Shown here: positions 1-10,168 of the stretch, in pieces
Position numbering within the stretch: position 1 is the stretch's first letter
Layout of the letters: the number at the start of each line of letters is the position of its first letter
Origin: a virus
Taxonomy: Duplodnaviria; Caudoviricetes
IMG/VR virus record: IMGVR_UViG_3300044681_000784
Coordinates: 1 to 61,700 of that record
DNA length: 61,700 bases
Direction: 5' to 3' (one strand)
Made by a program: the position numbers and the translations under genes
The notes under the pieces: model-generated
Databases searched by the model: none
Seen by the model: the letters and a program-made list of their open reading frames with translations, nothing else
Told to the model about the DNA's origin: nothing

Positions 1-3000
1 AACGCTTTGCCATAGCACCAACCATTCTATCCATAGCAATAGCACTCGCTAACGCTTTTATCTTGTTTTGGCCGAATAACTCCCTGTTTACTTTGTACAA
101 GTCACGAAGGTTCTTAGGACGTATTTGCGCTTTGGATGAAACCTCTTCTATCTTGGCTTCCATTTGAGCATCACTTGGCTCCTTGGCTTTAGTCTCCCCG
201 GCTTTCCGAGCTTGGGGGCCGGTCTTGGGAGCAGGCTTAACTCCGCTCTCTGTTTTTTCATCGAAGTCATATGATACAGAGAAGTCAGATAACTTGTCAC
301 CAATCTTAATAGTGCTGTAAAAATCATCTGCCGGAGCAAAAGTCTCTTCACCCTTCTTCCTTGGATTCATCTTGCCATCTTGATACACAAGGCCCTTATC
401 CGTAGCTACGCTCTCCTGAGAAAACTCCCGGGCAAACTCAACTGCATCCTCTGTGGTTAACCCATCAACAAAAAAGCTGTTCTCAGAGTTGCCATACTTC
501 CCAAAGATTCGCTGAGGATTATATCCCCGGCTACGCAACCACTCCTGAGCACGTTTATTTGCGGCTTCATTCTCCGCATCAGATACCTGTATTGCATCAG
601 GATTCTCCGCGGTAAGCATACCCCACTGACCATCACGAACAGTAGATTGAAAAGCCTCGTCACTCTCAAAGCTCGAAGCCGGAAGCTCTTCTTTTGTCTT
701 GGCATCCCAATTGGCATCCCTTGTGGTTGTAACGCCCTCTTTGGCCCGGAACTGAAACCCACCACTTTGACTCAGCATAGTTTCCAAGTCGCTGACCTCT
801 GAGCTCAAAGCCTCCTGCTCAGACTTCAACGAAACCAACTCGTCAACGCGAGCCTTGTTCGCAGAAACCAAAGCCTGCTGCTCAGGTGCCAACTCCTCGC
901 CCGAGATCACAGCGTCAGCAAGAGATGACAACACCCCATCCAACTGATCGGGAGCCAATGACTCACTCTGAACCTGCTGAATAATCTCAGGAGTGACAGC
1001 AACCGGGGCCGGGATGGATGACTTAAGCTCATCCAAACGGGACCGAGTCTCTGCTATTTTCCCTTTGGTTTCTTCGGTGCTGACTTCTTGACCTTCTCCG
1101 GCAACGACTTCTTCACCGGGTACTTGCTCTCCCACTCCTTCGCCAACTGTGGCTTCTGACTGTGTAGGAACCTGCGCTGTGCTTTGCTTTTGAATGGCAT
1201 CTTGCTTTAGCTTTAATATTAATTTTTCTGTTTCAGGATCGTTGTCAACGACAATGCGAGAACGGTTAAAACGGGAACCCCTCATGCTACTCACCGTACT
1301 CAAAAACTTTTCTTTGGTCATTGGAGTTCCATTGACCTTGTAAACCCCAACACCTTTAGGCGCAGTCGGAGCATTAATGCCCTGAAGATTCACCTGACTT
1401 TCTGCCGGGCGGAGTTTCTTGGTCTCGGCAATCTCCCTGATCTCCTCATTAACTGCGGCTATCTGATTGCGGTAAACCTCTCTTCTGTTTGTTGTGGCAG
1501 ACATCTCATCTCGAGCCTGCATCAACTCCATAATACGAGCCTGTAGCTTTGAGTCCTTGGCAGCAGTCTTACCATTCTCTCCAACAGAAAGAACGTCTCT
1601 CGCTTCTCTCCTAAGTCCAACATTCCGTTGGATTCTCTGCTCAACCTCAGCGTCAATCTGACCAAGCCTCCGCATATTGGAGGCCCAATTTGATATGCGC
1701 TCATCACTCGCTGACTCCTGAGCAACAGTGGAGACATTGGTTAACGAGTTCGCAAAATCAAGGTTGGTATTTCTCAATGCAGAAAACATGACGCCCATGC
1801 CGGCGTTCACACTGTTGTTTCCTATACCGCCCAACATCTCAGCTTCAATTTCTTTCTCGTCAATCTCTCCTGTTGACCATTTCTGAGCTACGAGCTCCCC
1901 AAAACCTTCCATGGCAGGATCGTATAGTCCACGTTCCGCAACTTGGGCCCCAAATTTCATTGGCTTACTCGCGAGTTTACTCACCTTAAAAACACCTCCT
2001 GTTAACATACTCGATAAAAGGTCTATACCGCCAATTGCAATTCCCCTTTTCACACCAATCTCGTTACCCTTTCTCCATACTTCAGGATCGTTCAATGCTT
2101 CAGCCATAGAGTTACCATCGGAGATATTATACCCCGACTCACGCGCAGCATCAAGAACAGATTGACTGTACTCTGCGGCAAAGTTTACTATTGCCATGCC
2201 GGTTTGATATCCATACTTCGCACCTGAAAGGCCTCCACCTAATGTTCCAAGACCTCCCGTTCCGGCTGCAGCAACACCTGCCCCCACAGCCGCCCCTGTA
2301 CCTATTGTTGTCGGCAAAACGCGCAAGCCAATTGGGAGCAACTGACTCATGCTCGTCGCAATCAAGGTTGAAGTAACCTCAAATGGATCAGACCAAAAAG
2401 CTCTCTGTGCCCTTTCATCACCTGAAAAAAGAGCTCCTGCTGACATAAAGGCTTGGAATGCCCGGCTCTTCGACGAAGACTCAGAGTTGCTGATGGCGTC
2501 TGAAATCATTTCAGAAGCTTCTTCAACAGTGCTCGCACCAAGCGCATACTTCATTAGTTCATACCCGGCCCTGCCGTTTTCATATGCAGAGTTTACCTCT
2601 CCCCAAAACCCGGCCATGTTCTCTTCAAACTCGTTTTGAATAGCCTTGTTTACCTTTGAGTCAAAGTAGGTCTGAGCTGAGTAGTACTTCTCCGCTGCAA
2701 TCTTATTTAGTTCGCCAAGCCCTGCAAGCCTACCCCTTATGTCATTTAAGGCAGCCACCTCTGCTTGGTTCTTTGGCTTGTATGAGTATAGATCTGCAAC
2801 CGGAACGCCAAAAGCCTCCATGGAAACTGCGTCAAGCTCTTGGTATTTAGTCTTAACTTGCTTCTTTAACTCGGTAGCCTCAGCAGAAACAACCTTGGCC
2901 CTGTTGTTAAGGTGCAAGTCAAAGTCTTCAAAAGCTGTTTGAACCTTGCCATCACTGAAAAAAGTTCTGTCTTCAACCTGAGCGAACAGCTCGTTCTTTT

Positions 3001-4603
3001 GCTCCTGCCTTTTCTCTTGGTAAGACTCAATGTCGGGACGCAAGTTGTTTCCGGAAAGGAGGTACATATACTTTGTGGCCTCCTCGGGGGAAGCGTACTT
3101 CATGTAGTACTGCTTTGCGTTATTAACCTTGCCTTCCTTTATGGCATTACTGACCTCAGATATGAACGCGGCCTCCTTGTCTATTGCCAATAGCTCGTCC
3201 CTTTGTGTTTTATAGTCGAAGTAGTTTAAGCCACGATCCTTGAAAAACTTATGCCCCTCAATGTCGGACTTGGTTACTTCTTTCCACCCTCCATTCGCAA
3301 ACTTCTCAGCCTCGGCCTTGGTCTTAAACTCAAATATTTCTCCGCGCCTCCGGGCCTCTTCAATAGCATCATTTGGAGAAAGCTCAAGCCAATCTGACGT
3401 CCTTGATCCATAGTTCAACGGATCTTTTGGGAACAAGGTGGGTGCCACCTTAAACTTCCCGTCCTCCTCAAAGCTCATGAACTTTACAGTGGATACACTT
3501 CCGTCAGCGTTAAGACGTCCAACCCTCCTCATTGTCTGCGCCCGAGCCGACTTCGTGATGTAGTCCTCGGTCATAGTCTCGTCAGCCTTCTTGGAGTTTG
3601 AGATGATGAAGTCTCTTAGCTTCTTAGCCCTCTCACCTAAAACACTCTCGCTTCCGAAAGCGGTCAGCGGTATCTCTACTGAGCTCTTGCCATCAGCAGT
3701 GCGAGCAAGAAGAACATTACGGCCACCAACGGCCTCAGAGAAAACAATACCGTACTTCTTGAATCTTTCGTTTAGCACAGGCACAGCCTGTTCCTCCGAC
3801 ATCTTTATCGTAAGGTTATCAATGCCTGACACCAACCGCATGAACTCTTCATCCTGCTGATTGGCTTTCATCCTGTCGAGCTCAGACTGCCTCTCTGACT
3901 CTTTTACTGTTTTCAGGTACTCACCGGTCTTTTCTACCTCTTTCAAGCTCCGCTTTATTGCTTCAAGTCTTTTTGGGATCTGCTCCTCAAGCTGTTGTTT
4001 GGCCTGCTCCTGCATTGTCGGCTCTACCTTAGCCGGGATAGGCTTCTCCGGTTTAGTTGGATCGTACCGGGCTGCAGCGTTGAAAGCGTTCTGTATGTTT
4101 AGATTGAAGATGTCTTTCTTGGCGTACATCTCCTCTTGAGTTTGAGGTATTTCTATCCCGTACTCAGCTATGAATTCTTCTTTGGTACCTTTGTACCCTC
4201 TTCCTTGAATAAGGTTGAAAGCTTCCTCGACCTGCATGGGAGGAGCCATCTGAGAAAAAGATCGTACATCGGGTAGCTTTCTAACCCCTATGCCAACTTG
4301 GTTAAGAGTTCTCTTTGTAGTCTCCGGCATAGATGGCTCCAATGAACCATCGGCCAATGACGATCCCATATTTGGGGCTGACTCTTTTTTTTTTAATGGT
4401 ATTGTGGATGTGGTTTGCCCCATACCCAAAAGTCCCAAGAAGTCTTCTTTGCTTTTCTTGTACCCTTGACTTTGCACATAGGCATAGTTGTCATCCTGTA
4501 CTTGTTGATTTGTTTGAATTAAGGTTCGGAAATCTTCCAATCCCTTTTTATACCCTAACGATACGGCCCTGTTGTACAGGTCTTGAAGTATTTTTTCATT
4601 CAT
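1..4603 (-). CDS. Giant virion/ejection (polyvalent) protein, N-terminal part; runs off the left edge (>1530 aa; absent from the ORF track because it has no stop in the window)
   Basis: Read manually: ATG at 4603 (MNEKILQDLYNRAVSLGYKKG...) stays open to position 1. Gly/Ala-rich hydrophobic segment near 2200-2330, acidic linker, and a LTAENP...GKYGNSENS...FSQESV domain at about 370-640. Follows the other ejection-type genes; TATCTTTG promoter at 4608-4615. Confidence 0.85.
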   Translation of the reverse strand, partial: MNEKILQDLYNRAVSLGYKKGLEDFRTLIQTNQQVQDDNYAYVQSQGYKKSKEDFLGLLGMGQTTSTIPLKKKESAPNMGSSLADGSLEPSMPETTKRTLNQVGIGVRKLPDVRSFSQMAPPMQVEEAFNLIQGRGYKGTKEEFIAEYGIEIPQTQEEMYAKKDIFNLNIQNAFNAAARYDPTKPEKPIPAKVEPTMQEQAKQQLEEQIPKRLEAIKRSLKEVEKTGEYLKTVKESERQSELDRMKANQQDEEFMRLVSGIDNLTIKMSEEQAVPVLNERFKKYGIVFSEAVGGRNVLLARTADGKSSVEIPLTAFGSESVLGERAKKLRDFIISNSKKADETMTEDYITKSARAQTMRRVGRLNADGSVSTVKFMSFEEDGKFKVAPTLFPKDPLNYGSRTSDWLELSPNDAIEEARRRGEIFEFKTKAEAEKFANGGWKEVTKSDIEGHKFFKDRGLNYFDYKTQRDELLAIDKEAAFISEVSNAIKEGKVNNAKQYYMKYASPEEATKYMYLLSGNNLRPDIESYQEKRQEQKNELFAQVEDRTFFSDGKVQTAFEDFDLHLNNRAKVVSAEATELKKQVKTKYQELDAVSMEAFGVPVADLYSYKPKNQAEVAALNDIRGRLAGLGELNKIAAEKYYSAQTYFDSKVNKAIQNEFEENMAGFWGEVNSAYENGRAGYELMKYALGASTVEEASEMISDAISNSESSSKSRAFQAFMSAGALFSGDERAQRAFWSDPFEVTSTLIATSMSQLLPIGLRVLPTTIGTGAAVGAGVAAAGTGGLGTLGGGLSGAKYGYQTGMAIVNFAAEYSQSVLDAARESGYNISDGNSMAEALNDPEVWRKGNEIGVKRGIAIGGIDLLSSMLTGGVFKVSKLASKPMKFGAQVAERGLYDPAMEGFGELVAQKWSTGEIDEKEIEAEMLGGIGNNSVNAGMGVMFSALRNTNLDFANSLTNVSTVAQESASDERISNWASNMRRLGQIDAEVEQRIQRNVGLRREARDVLSVGENGKTAAKDSKLQARIMELMQARDEMSATTNRREVYRNQIAAVNEEIREIAETKKLRPAESQVNLQGINAPTAPKGVGVYKVNGTPMTKEKFLSTVSSMRGSRFNRSRIVVDNDPETEKLILKLKQDAIQKQSTAQVPTQSEATVGEGVGEQVPGEEVVAGEGQEVSTEETKGKIAETRSRLDELKSSIPAPVAVTPEIIQQVQSESLAPDQLDGVLSSLADAVISGEELAPEQQALVSANKARVDELVSLKSEQEALSSEVSDLETMLSQSGGFQFRAKEGVTTTRDANWDAKTKEELPASSFESDEAFQSTVRDGQWGMLTAENPDAIQVSDAENEAANKRAQEWLRSRGYNPQRIFGKYGNSENSFFVDGLTTEDAVEFAREFSQESVATDKGLVYQDGKMNPRKKGEETFAPADDFYSTIKIGDKLSDFSVSYDFDEKTESGVKPAPKTGPQARKAGETKAKEPSDAQMEAKIEEVSSKAQIRPKNLRDLYKVNRELFGQNKIKALASAIAMDRMVGAMAKR

Positions 4604-4641
4604 ACCACAAAGATAAAAATAAAATGTAGACTAACGGATTG

Positions 4642-6414
4642 TTAGTCGTTGTAGTCGGAGTAGTTAATGGATTGGTCTTCCTTCGTTTTCGGTGAAGGTG
4701 AAGGTGAAGGTGCAGCCATAAGCTGATTTTGATAGGTCACAATATTGGCGTTATCCGATAAAGGATTAAAGTTGTTTTTGATAAATGCTTTGATTCCTTC
4801 GGTGTCACTTGTTTCAAATTTCTTTTTATTTCCCTTTGAATCAGTTATTTCTACATTGTCTCCCCATCCTGCTGTATCAAAAGAAAATCCTGCCGCGCCA
4901 AATTTCCCCTCTAAATAAGTAACAGCTTGATCCTCATCTGACGGAACTTTAATTGTATCGACAACAGCATTATGTTTTTGAACGATGCTTGGTTTATCCT
5001 CAACCTTTGCTGTACCTTGAGCTGTTGGGTTAAAATCACCTAAACTAATCCCACCTGCTTGGGCAAGACCACGAACATCTGCGCTTTCGTCTTTATCTAA
5101 AAGCAACGCGGATGCTTGCTCTATAAACTTGTCTTGTGGTATAAGAGTACCTGTATTGTCTTTAAATGGTATTTTAACAGTAGTATTATCTGATTTTGTT
5201 ACAATTACATCACTTCCATCTCTAACAACAGACTTAGCTCCCAATCTATCCCTAAAGTATGTCAACGCAGTCTGTAAATCCTGACCTGTATATAACCTCC
5301 CAATCATACTTACATTGTCTTTTGCATTCTGAGCTGCAGTTGCTGCGGCACGATCCGTTGCCCGAGGTGTAACCTGAGTTATTGAGAAAGTCTTCTCCTC
5401 AGTCTTCTTGTCCATCTTGGACCGGATAATATTTCTTAGCAACTCTTTGGCAGCTTCTTTTTGTTTTGGGCCATGTTTTGTATCGAAGTCAGGAACAGGG
5501 TAACCTGTCTGTGGATCGTTCTTAAGAAGTATTAAGTTTGCATTACCTGCAGCAGCATTGGGATCCCAAGTAAAAGTATAGTTTGACTGAACCGATAGAA
5601 GCGAAGTTAAATTGTACGGGTTAGCAAATGCAGAATCAATGGCAGCGTTTTCTGCAATTCTATAAGCGTCAATAGCGGCCTGATCTTTGTCATTAACCGT
5701 CCCCCTTATGCCTTGCTTAGAAAGAATTTTCCCCCAAGTAGTCCCTGCTCTTTTTGCGACCTCAAAAGTCTCAACACCAAAACCGCTTGCAACCTGTTCT
5801 GCGTAGTCATCGGCCTTAAACATATCAAACTTTCCTTTGATCCTGTTGCGAAGTGAACTCACAGAAACGTATGTGTTTGGATCTTTAACAAGCTCACCGT
5901 CTTCTATTTTACCAATATACACTTGACTTGTCATTGGATCAATAACAGGTTTGTGATTTTTAAAATTCGACAAGCCTTCTGCCTGAGCCATAAGCCAAGT
6001 CTCTAAAGGCTGAGAGTCACCTTTCCTCATCCTCTCCATCTTATCTGTGTACTCAGTTTGATACTCCTCGAGAGCGGAAAAAATTCCATCTGTACCATCT
6101 GAAAGGTTCTGCCTCATCTTGGTGTAGTCCCTCAGATTCAGTTGCCCTGAACGCAAAAGCCGGTCCTGAATAAGCCTCATCTCTTGTGCGCTTGACGCAT
6201 AGTCCAAAGACCACTGATTTAGCCCCTCATGTTCGCCCTGTGGATTGTTCTCGATGGTTATGCCCAACTGCCGGGTGTTCTCGTCAATGGTCGCAATCTT
6301 TTCCTCCCGGATCCGGGCCTCTTCCCTTAAGGTGTCGGTTATGTTGCGACCAACCTCAGCCCAATTTATTTGAGACTGAGCGTTCCTTTCTGCGTACTTA
6401 TAGAATGTTGCCAT
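4642..6414 (-). CDS. Putative internal virion/ejection protein (590 aa)
   Basis: Long ORF between a small Ala/Gln-rich ejection-like gene and the giant gene, the gp14-gp15-gp16-like order of podoviruses. Confidence 0.6.
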   Translation of the reverse strand: MATFYKYAERNAQSQINWAEVGRNITDTLREEARIREEKIATIDENTRQLGITIENNPQGEHEGLNQWSLDYASSAQEMRLIQDRLLRSGQLNLRDYTKMRQNLSDGTDGIFSALEEYQTEYTDKMERMRKGDSQPLETWLMAQAEGLSNFKNHKPVIDPMTSQVYIGKIEDGELVKDPNTYVSVSSLRNRIKGKFDMFKADDYAEQVASGFGVETFEVAKRAGTTWGKILSKQGIRGTVNDKDQAAIDAYRIAENAAIDSAFANPYNLTSLLSVQSNYTFTWDPNAAAGNANLILLKNDPQTGYPVPDFDTKHGPKQKEAAKELLRNIIRSKMDKKTEEKTFSITQVTPRATDRAAATAAQNAKDNVSMIGRLYTGQDLQTALTYFRDRLGAKSVVRDGSDVIVTKSDNTTVKIPFKDNTGTLIPQDKFIEQASALLLDKDESADVRGLAQAGGISLGDFNPTAQGTAKVEDKPSIVQKHNAVVDTIKVPSDEDQAVTYLEGKFGAAGFSFDTAGWGDNVEITDSKGNKKKFETSDTEGIKAFIKNNFNPLSDNANIVTYQNQLMAAPSPSPSPKTKEDQSINYSDYND

Positions 6415-6417
6415 TGA

Positions 6418-7245
6418 TTATCTGTATTCTCTTCCGGTTAAGCCTAACTGCCCCATCAATCTGTTAAATTCATCAGGAGTCCTCTGACTAAGCCAATCTT
6501 GAAAAGGAGCTCCGCCTTGAAGCTGTTCTGCGGAAATGTTTATACCCTGATCTAAGGCTGCACTTCCAACTGAAGCTGCAAAACCTTTTCCCGAATAGCT
6601 TTCGCCTGCCTTAGACATTCCGAGAGTGCCACCCTTATCTGCCCGGTTAAACTGACGCTCCAACCTTCCGGCTTGACGTGCACCCTTCGTCTTAGAGAAC
6701 AGTGGAACCATCTCCGCAGCCTGACCAACAGTAGAAATAACACCCTCCATGCCCTGAGCCAAAGCCATCTGCTCCATCTCCGCAGCGTTGGCCGCAGCCA
6801 ACTGAGCACCGGCAGCCTCGTCAAGATTAATCTGAGCACCAATATCCTTAAGCCTGCTCTCCTCCTCAGCAGTAAGTCTCTCCAATTCCTCCAACTTCGC
6901 AGTCTCAGCTTCACGAACACCGGCCATGGCCTCATTAACTCCTGCCTGAACCCGGCCTGCTGTAGCGGCAACACCCCTCTCAGACTCGGCACCGGCAGCA
7001 GTGGCTTGAGCAGCAGCCGAAAGGATGCCCTCTTGCTGTCTGCGGAAAGCATCTAAGTTTACGTCCAACGCCTCGTATACGTTAACGTCAAGTCGCTTCT
7101 TTGCTTCGTCCATGGCTCTTTTCGCCTCGGCTTCTGCATTCTTCATAATGCTATTCTGATCAGCGGCCTGTTTGAAAGACATTGCGGTAGAAGCCGCCGT
7201 AGCTGCCAACCCAACACCTGCCGCTATTGATGTAAATGCTGCCAT
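6418..7245 (-). CDS. Putative small ejection/pilot protein (275 aa)
   Basis: Hydrophobic Gly/Ala N-terminus (MAAFTSIAAGVGLAATAASTAMS) followed by Ala/Gln/Glu coiled coil; lies just after the GNAT gene. Confidence 0.6.
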   Translation of the reverse strand: MAAFTSIAAGVGLAATAASTAMSFKQAADQNSIMKNAEAEAKRAMDEAKKRLDVNVYEALDVNLDAFRRQQEGILSAAAQATAAGAESERGVAATAGRVQAGVNEAMAGVREAETAKLEELERLTAEEESRLKDIGAQINLDEAAGAQLAAANAAEMEQMALAQGMEGVISTVGQAAEMVPLFSKTKGARQAGRLERQFNRADKGGTLGMSKAGESYSGKGFAASVGSAALDQGINISAEQLQGGAPFQDWLSQRTPDEFNRLMGQLGLTGREYR

Positions 7246-7246
7246 A

Positions 7247-7651
7247 TCAAAATACTTTTATCATTTCAGTGTTATACCGGTCCCCCCGGATGTATCCCAA
7301 ATTCTCATAGGTTGAAATCAACCCCTCATGCTTTATCAATGCGTAGGTGATCTTAGCCCCCGAATCCTTAGCGACTTTCGTTAAGCACTCTATCAACAGC
7401 TTTATGGCATATGGCCTAAGATCACCCCTGTAATCTTTGCTCGATATAATCCAATCAACCCAAAACACTTTTGAGTTTGTGGCATAAATAAACCCTGCAA
7501 CCACAGGGACATCACCGTCATAAACGATCATGCCACCGGATCCATCCATAGGCAAGAAGTCCCTCGTTGGAGGTTCCCAACCCCAAGACTTCCACCAATC
7601 GACAAGAATCTTGTCGTAATCCTCATGGTTTAGAGCTCTGATATCAAGCAT
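7247..7651 (-). CDS. GNAT-family acetyltransferase-like protein
   Basis: GNAT-like pattern (VVAGFIY...WVDWIISSKDYRG...KLLIECL...YENLGY); start moved to the ATG downstream of the promoter at 7660-7667. Confidence 0.6.
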   Translation of the reverse strand: MLDIRALNHEDYDKILVDWWKSWGWEPPTRDFLPMDGSGGMIVYDGDVPVVAGFIYATNSKVFWVDWIISSKDYRGDLRPYAIKLLIECLTKVAKDSGAKITYALIKHEGLISTYENLGYIRGDRYNTEMIKVF

Positions 7652-7673
7652 AGTTACCACAAAGATAGCTTTT

Positions 7674-8480
7674 TTATGGATAGCTTAGCATGATTTCGCT
7701 TTCAACAGCGAACAATTCAACAGCAAATGTTGAGTTATTTTCAAGAGTGAATATGCAGTAGTGACCAAACACACCATGAGACTCAGCAACCGCATTCTTA
7801 ATAAACAAGAAGTACGGATCCTGTATCCCTATTGGAGTGGTCCCGGGAATCGTGGTGTCAATAACAATCTGATTTATACCATTCGGCAGGTCAACATTGA
7901 CAGCGGTAACCTCACCGGCCAATAACGGAGTGGAGTAGGTCGGAGGTAACGCAAAGTAAAGCATATCTCCAATGCTAATGATACCGCCAATGGATATCAA
8001 CGGAGAAATAGAAAACGAAATAACCGTAGCACCGGGAGGGCCTGACACAGAAACACTTCTCCCAATTCCATTCAAAGAACGCAAAGGAAAGTTCTGTACA
8101 GGATTGGCCGGCACAGTCCCCGAGTTTCTGACAAAAGCAAAGTAAGACTGCTCCTTCTTCTCAAACCAAGCCTTCTGAATAAAGCCGGTGTCCTGAATAT
8201 CTGTCTCCAAGTTTGCTGACCAACTGTCATCACCCTCCAAGTTTAACGTCTTGAAGATCTTATTTGAAAGAGACTCCTGATTGAATATGCTCGTCATCTT
8301 CGACGTGTACTGAACACCATAGAAGTTATTCCTTACAGCGTTCACATTATGGCGGTACAAGTTCCCACCTTTGAAGGTGTAGAAATAGTTGTTCATCCCG
8401 ATCATCCAATCAGGCTCGAAAGAGTAGAAGGAAGGCCATCCTTGTACCCCGGGATCATACGATAGTGTGTATACAGCCAT
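7674..8480 (-). CDS. Tail protein resembling the C-terminal blades of the crAss-type nozzle/stabilization protein
   Basis: TLSY...GWPSFYSF.P..MIGMNN.FYTFKGG.LY.HN and KIFKTLNLEG...W...KE..YFAF motifs; located in the tail module. Confidence 0.55.
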   Translation of the reverse strand: MAVYTLSYDPGVQGWPSFYSFEPDWMIGMNNYFYTFKGGNLYRHNVNAVRNNFYGVQYTSKMTSIFNQESLSNKIFKTLNLEGDDSWSANLETDIQDTGFIQKAWFEKKEQSYFAFVRNSGTVPANPVQNFPLRSLNGIGRSVSVSGPPGATVISFSISPLISIGGIISIGDMLYFALPPTYSTPLLAGEVTAVNVDLPNGINQIVIDTTIPGTTPIGIQDPYFLFIKNAVAESHGVFGHYCIFTLENNSTFAVELFAVESEIMLSYP

Positions 8481-10165
8481 TATACTCCGCAGTTACAGTT
8501 TGACAAAGTTACAACAATTCCTCCGGGCACAGTGTACGCACCACCCTTCACACACCTTTGAATGGTTTGAGAATCAGACAACGTGTAAGAGTAAGGCAAG
8601 TCATCACATCCTGTCCAAGTAATAGTGGCAGGACCACCGCTTACATTTTGGAATGAGAACAAGGCACAAACATCTCCGCAGGTCACAGACTCAAGAGCAA
8701 CAAACGACTCGGATGGAGCAAGGGCAGATGATGAAACAACTTGGAAGTAACATCCTGAGTATCCTGTAATGGAAACCACGTCCCCCGGATTCAATACCGT
8801 TGTTGAGTCAATGATCACAGAAAGACCGTCCCCACAACGAGTAACCTGATAGTAATAAATCGCAGGACATTCGCAGTCATCAATAACACTTGTAACTCCT
8901 TCAGGAGAAACATAGCTCGTAGCCCTCGCGCAGAACTTGTAAGTCTCCAATGGCCCCAAGGAATAAACCTGCGGAACCCCGAAGCAGTCAACAAAGTTTA
9001 AGTTCACACTTCCAACCTCAAGCTCACTTGTGGCCTCCCAATACACACACACATTCTCGCAGGTGCCGGGGAACACCGCACTAAAGGTGGCATCAGCCTG
9101 AGTTGCTTGTGGCCCGACAACGGTAAACCTACAGCCGGCATACTGAGACTCGTTCACGCTTATAAGCTGACCGGGAGTAAGTGCTGATGCAGAGTAAACA
9201 ACAATCTCAAGGTTGTCACCGCATCTTCTCACCAAGTAGTTGTCCTCGTAAGAGCAGCTACCAAATCCAATAACAACACCGTTTGCATCGACCTGAATCC
9301 AATCAAAGAGACCACTCATGCCCGACACATTATAAAAGCCTGCAGACAAAGGAGTCTGACCGTATGCATCAGCAAACACATAGTCGTACAATAAAAGAAC
9401 ACCGCCCGAACCATTGACATGGGCAACGTAGTAGGTCTGATCCAATATGTCATTACAAGCCGCAGTAGAAGATCCGTTCACATTACTTGAAGCAAAGCCC
9501 TGCAAAAGAGCCGGGCACTCAACCTCCAAGTTAAATGAGCCGGGACTACATGGCGAAACAACTTTGAAATAAACCGACGATGGAGATGCGTTTACTTTTG
9601 GTATAACCATCACACAGTTTCCGGGATTGTTGGGAGTAGTAACAACAGAGGCAGGGTTAACAGTAACGCTCGGAGTGGTGCCATCAAAAACAAAGCTTCC
9701 ACCTTGAAACCTGAAGTTATCAAGAACGTATGTTGTCCCCGAGATCCCACAGTCATCAGCCACCCGGCCAATATAAGAAGGCTCCCCGGCAACGCCACCC
9801 TGCAGCCAACCATAATTCGGAGATACAACCCCGTTGTAGTCAACACCATCATAGGTTGCCAACAACCCATCAGGAATGTTGAGCGGATCAAATCGTATCA
9901 CAATTGCTCCAACATTGAAGCCTGTGTTAAAGGTCACGTTGTATATCCCATCATCTCCGGACTGCGCCAACTGATTGTCGCACTCAATAAAGCATGATGG
10001 ACATGGAACCACAGCCTGAAGAACTCCTCCAATCTGCTGACGAACAACTCCGCCAAAAGAAAACCAACCGTCGGGTGCCGGCACAGTAAGAGCAGGATCA
10101 GTAAACACAGCAGTCGCTGATGTGAACGATGATGAATTTAAGTAGTAAAGTGATGATGTTGCCAT
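8480..10165 (-). CDS. Cys-rich beta-structured tail/receptor-binding protein (561 aa)
   Basis: Ser/Gly/Val/Cys-rich with an internally duplicated module (Y.V.RCGD...GC.F.VV...TC..VC); tail module. Confidence 0.55.
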   Translation of the reverse strand: MATSSLYYLNSSSFTSATAVFTDPALTVPAPDGWFSFGGVVRQQIGGVLQAVVPCPSCFIECDNQLAQSGDDGIYNVTFNTGFNVGAIVIRFDPLNIPDGLLATYDGVDYNGVVSPNYGWLQGGVAGEPSYIGRVADDCGISGTTYVLDNFRFQGGSFVFDGTTPSVTVNPASVVTTPNNPGNCVMVIPKVNASPSSVYFKVVSPCSPGSFNLEVECPALLQGFASSNVNGSSTAACNDILDQTYYVAHVNGSGGVLLLYDYVFADAYGQTPLSAGFYNVSGMSGLFDWIQVDANGVVIGFGSCSYEDNYLVRRCGDNLEIVVYSASALTPGQLISVNESQYAGCRFTVVGPQATQADATFSAVFPGTCENVCVYWEATSELEVGSVNLNFVDCFGVPQVYSLGPLETYKFCARATSYVSPEGVTSVIDDCECPAIYYYQVTRCGDGLSVIIDSTTVLNPGDVVSITGYSGCYFQVVSSSALAPSESFVALESVTCGDVCALFSFQNVSGGPATITWTGCDDLPYSYTLSDSQTIQRCVKGGAYTVPGGIVVTLSNCNCGV

Positions 10166-10168
10166 ATT

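Noticed and set aside
4385-4394. Frameshift at the A10 run near the start of the giant gene
   Set aside because: The run is in frame (TTA AAA AAA AAA GAG) and the ORF continues; slippage cannot be shown from sequence alone.
148-4629. Short ORFs listed in the track across 148-4629
   Set aside because: They are shadows of the single long minus-strand frame starting at 4603.
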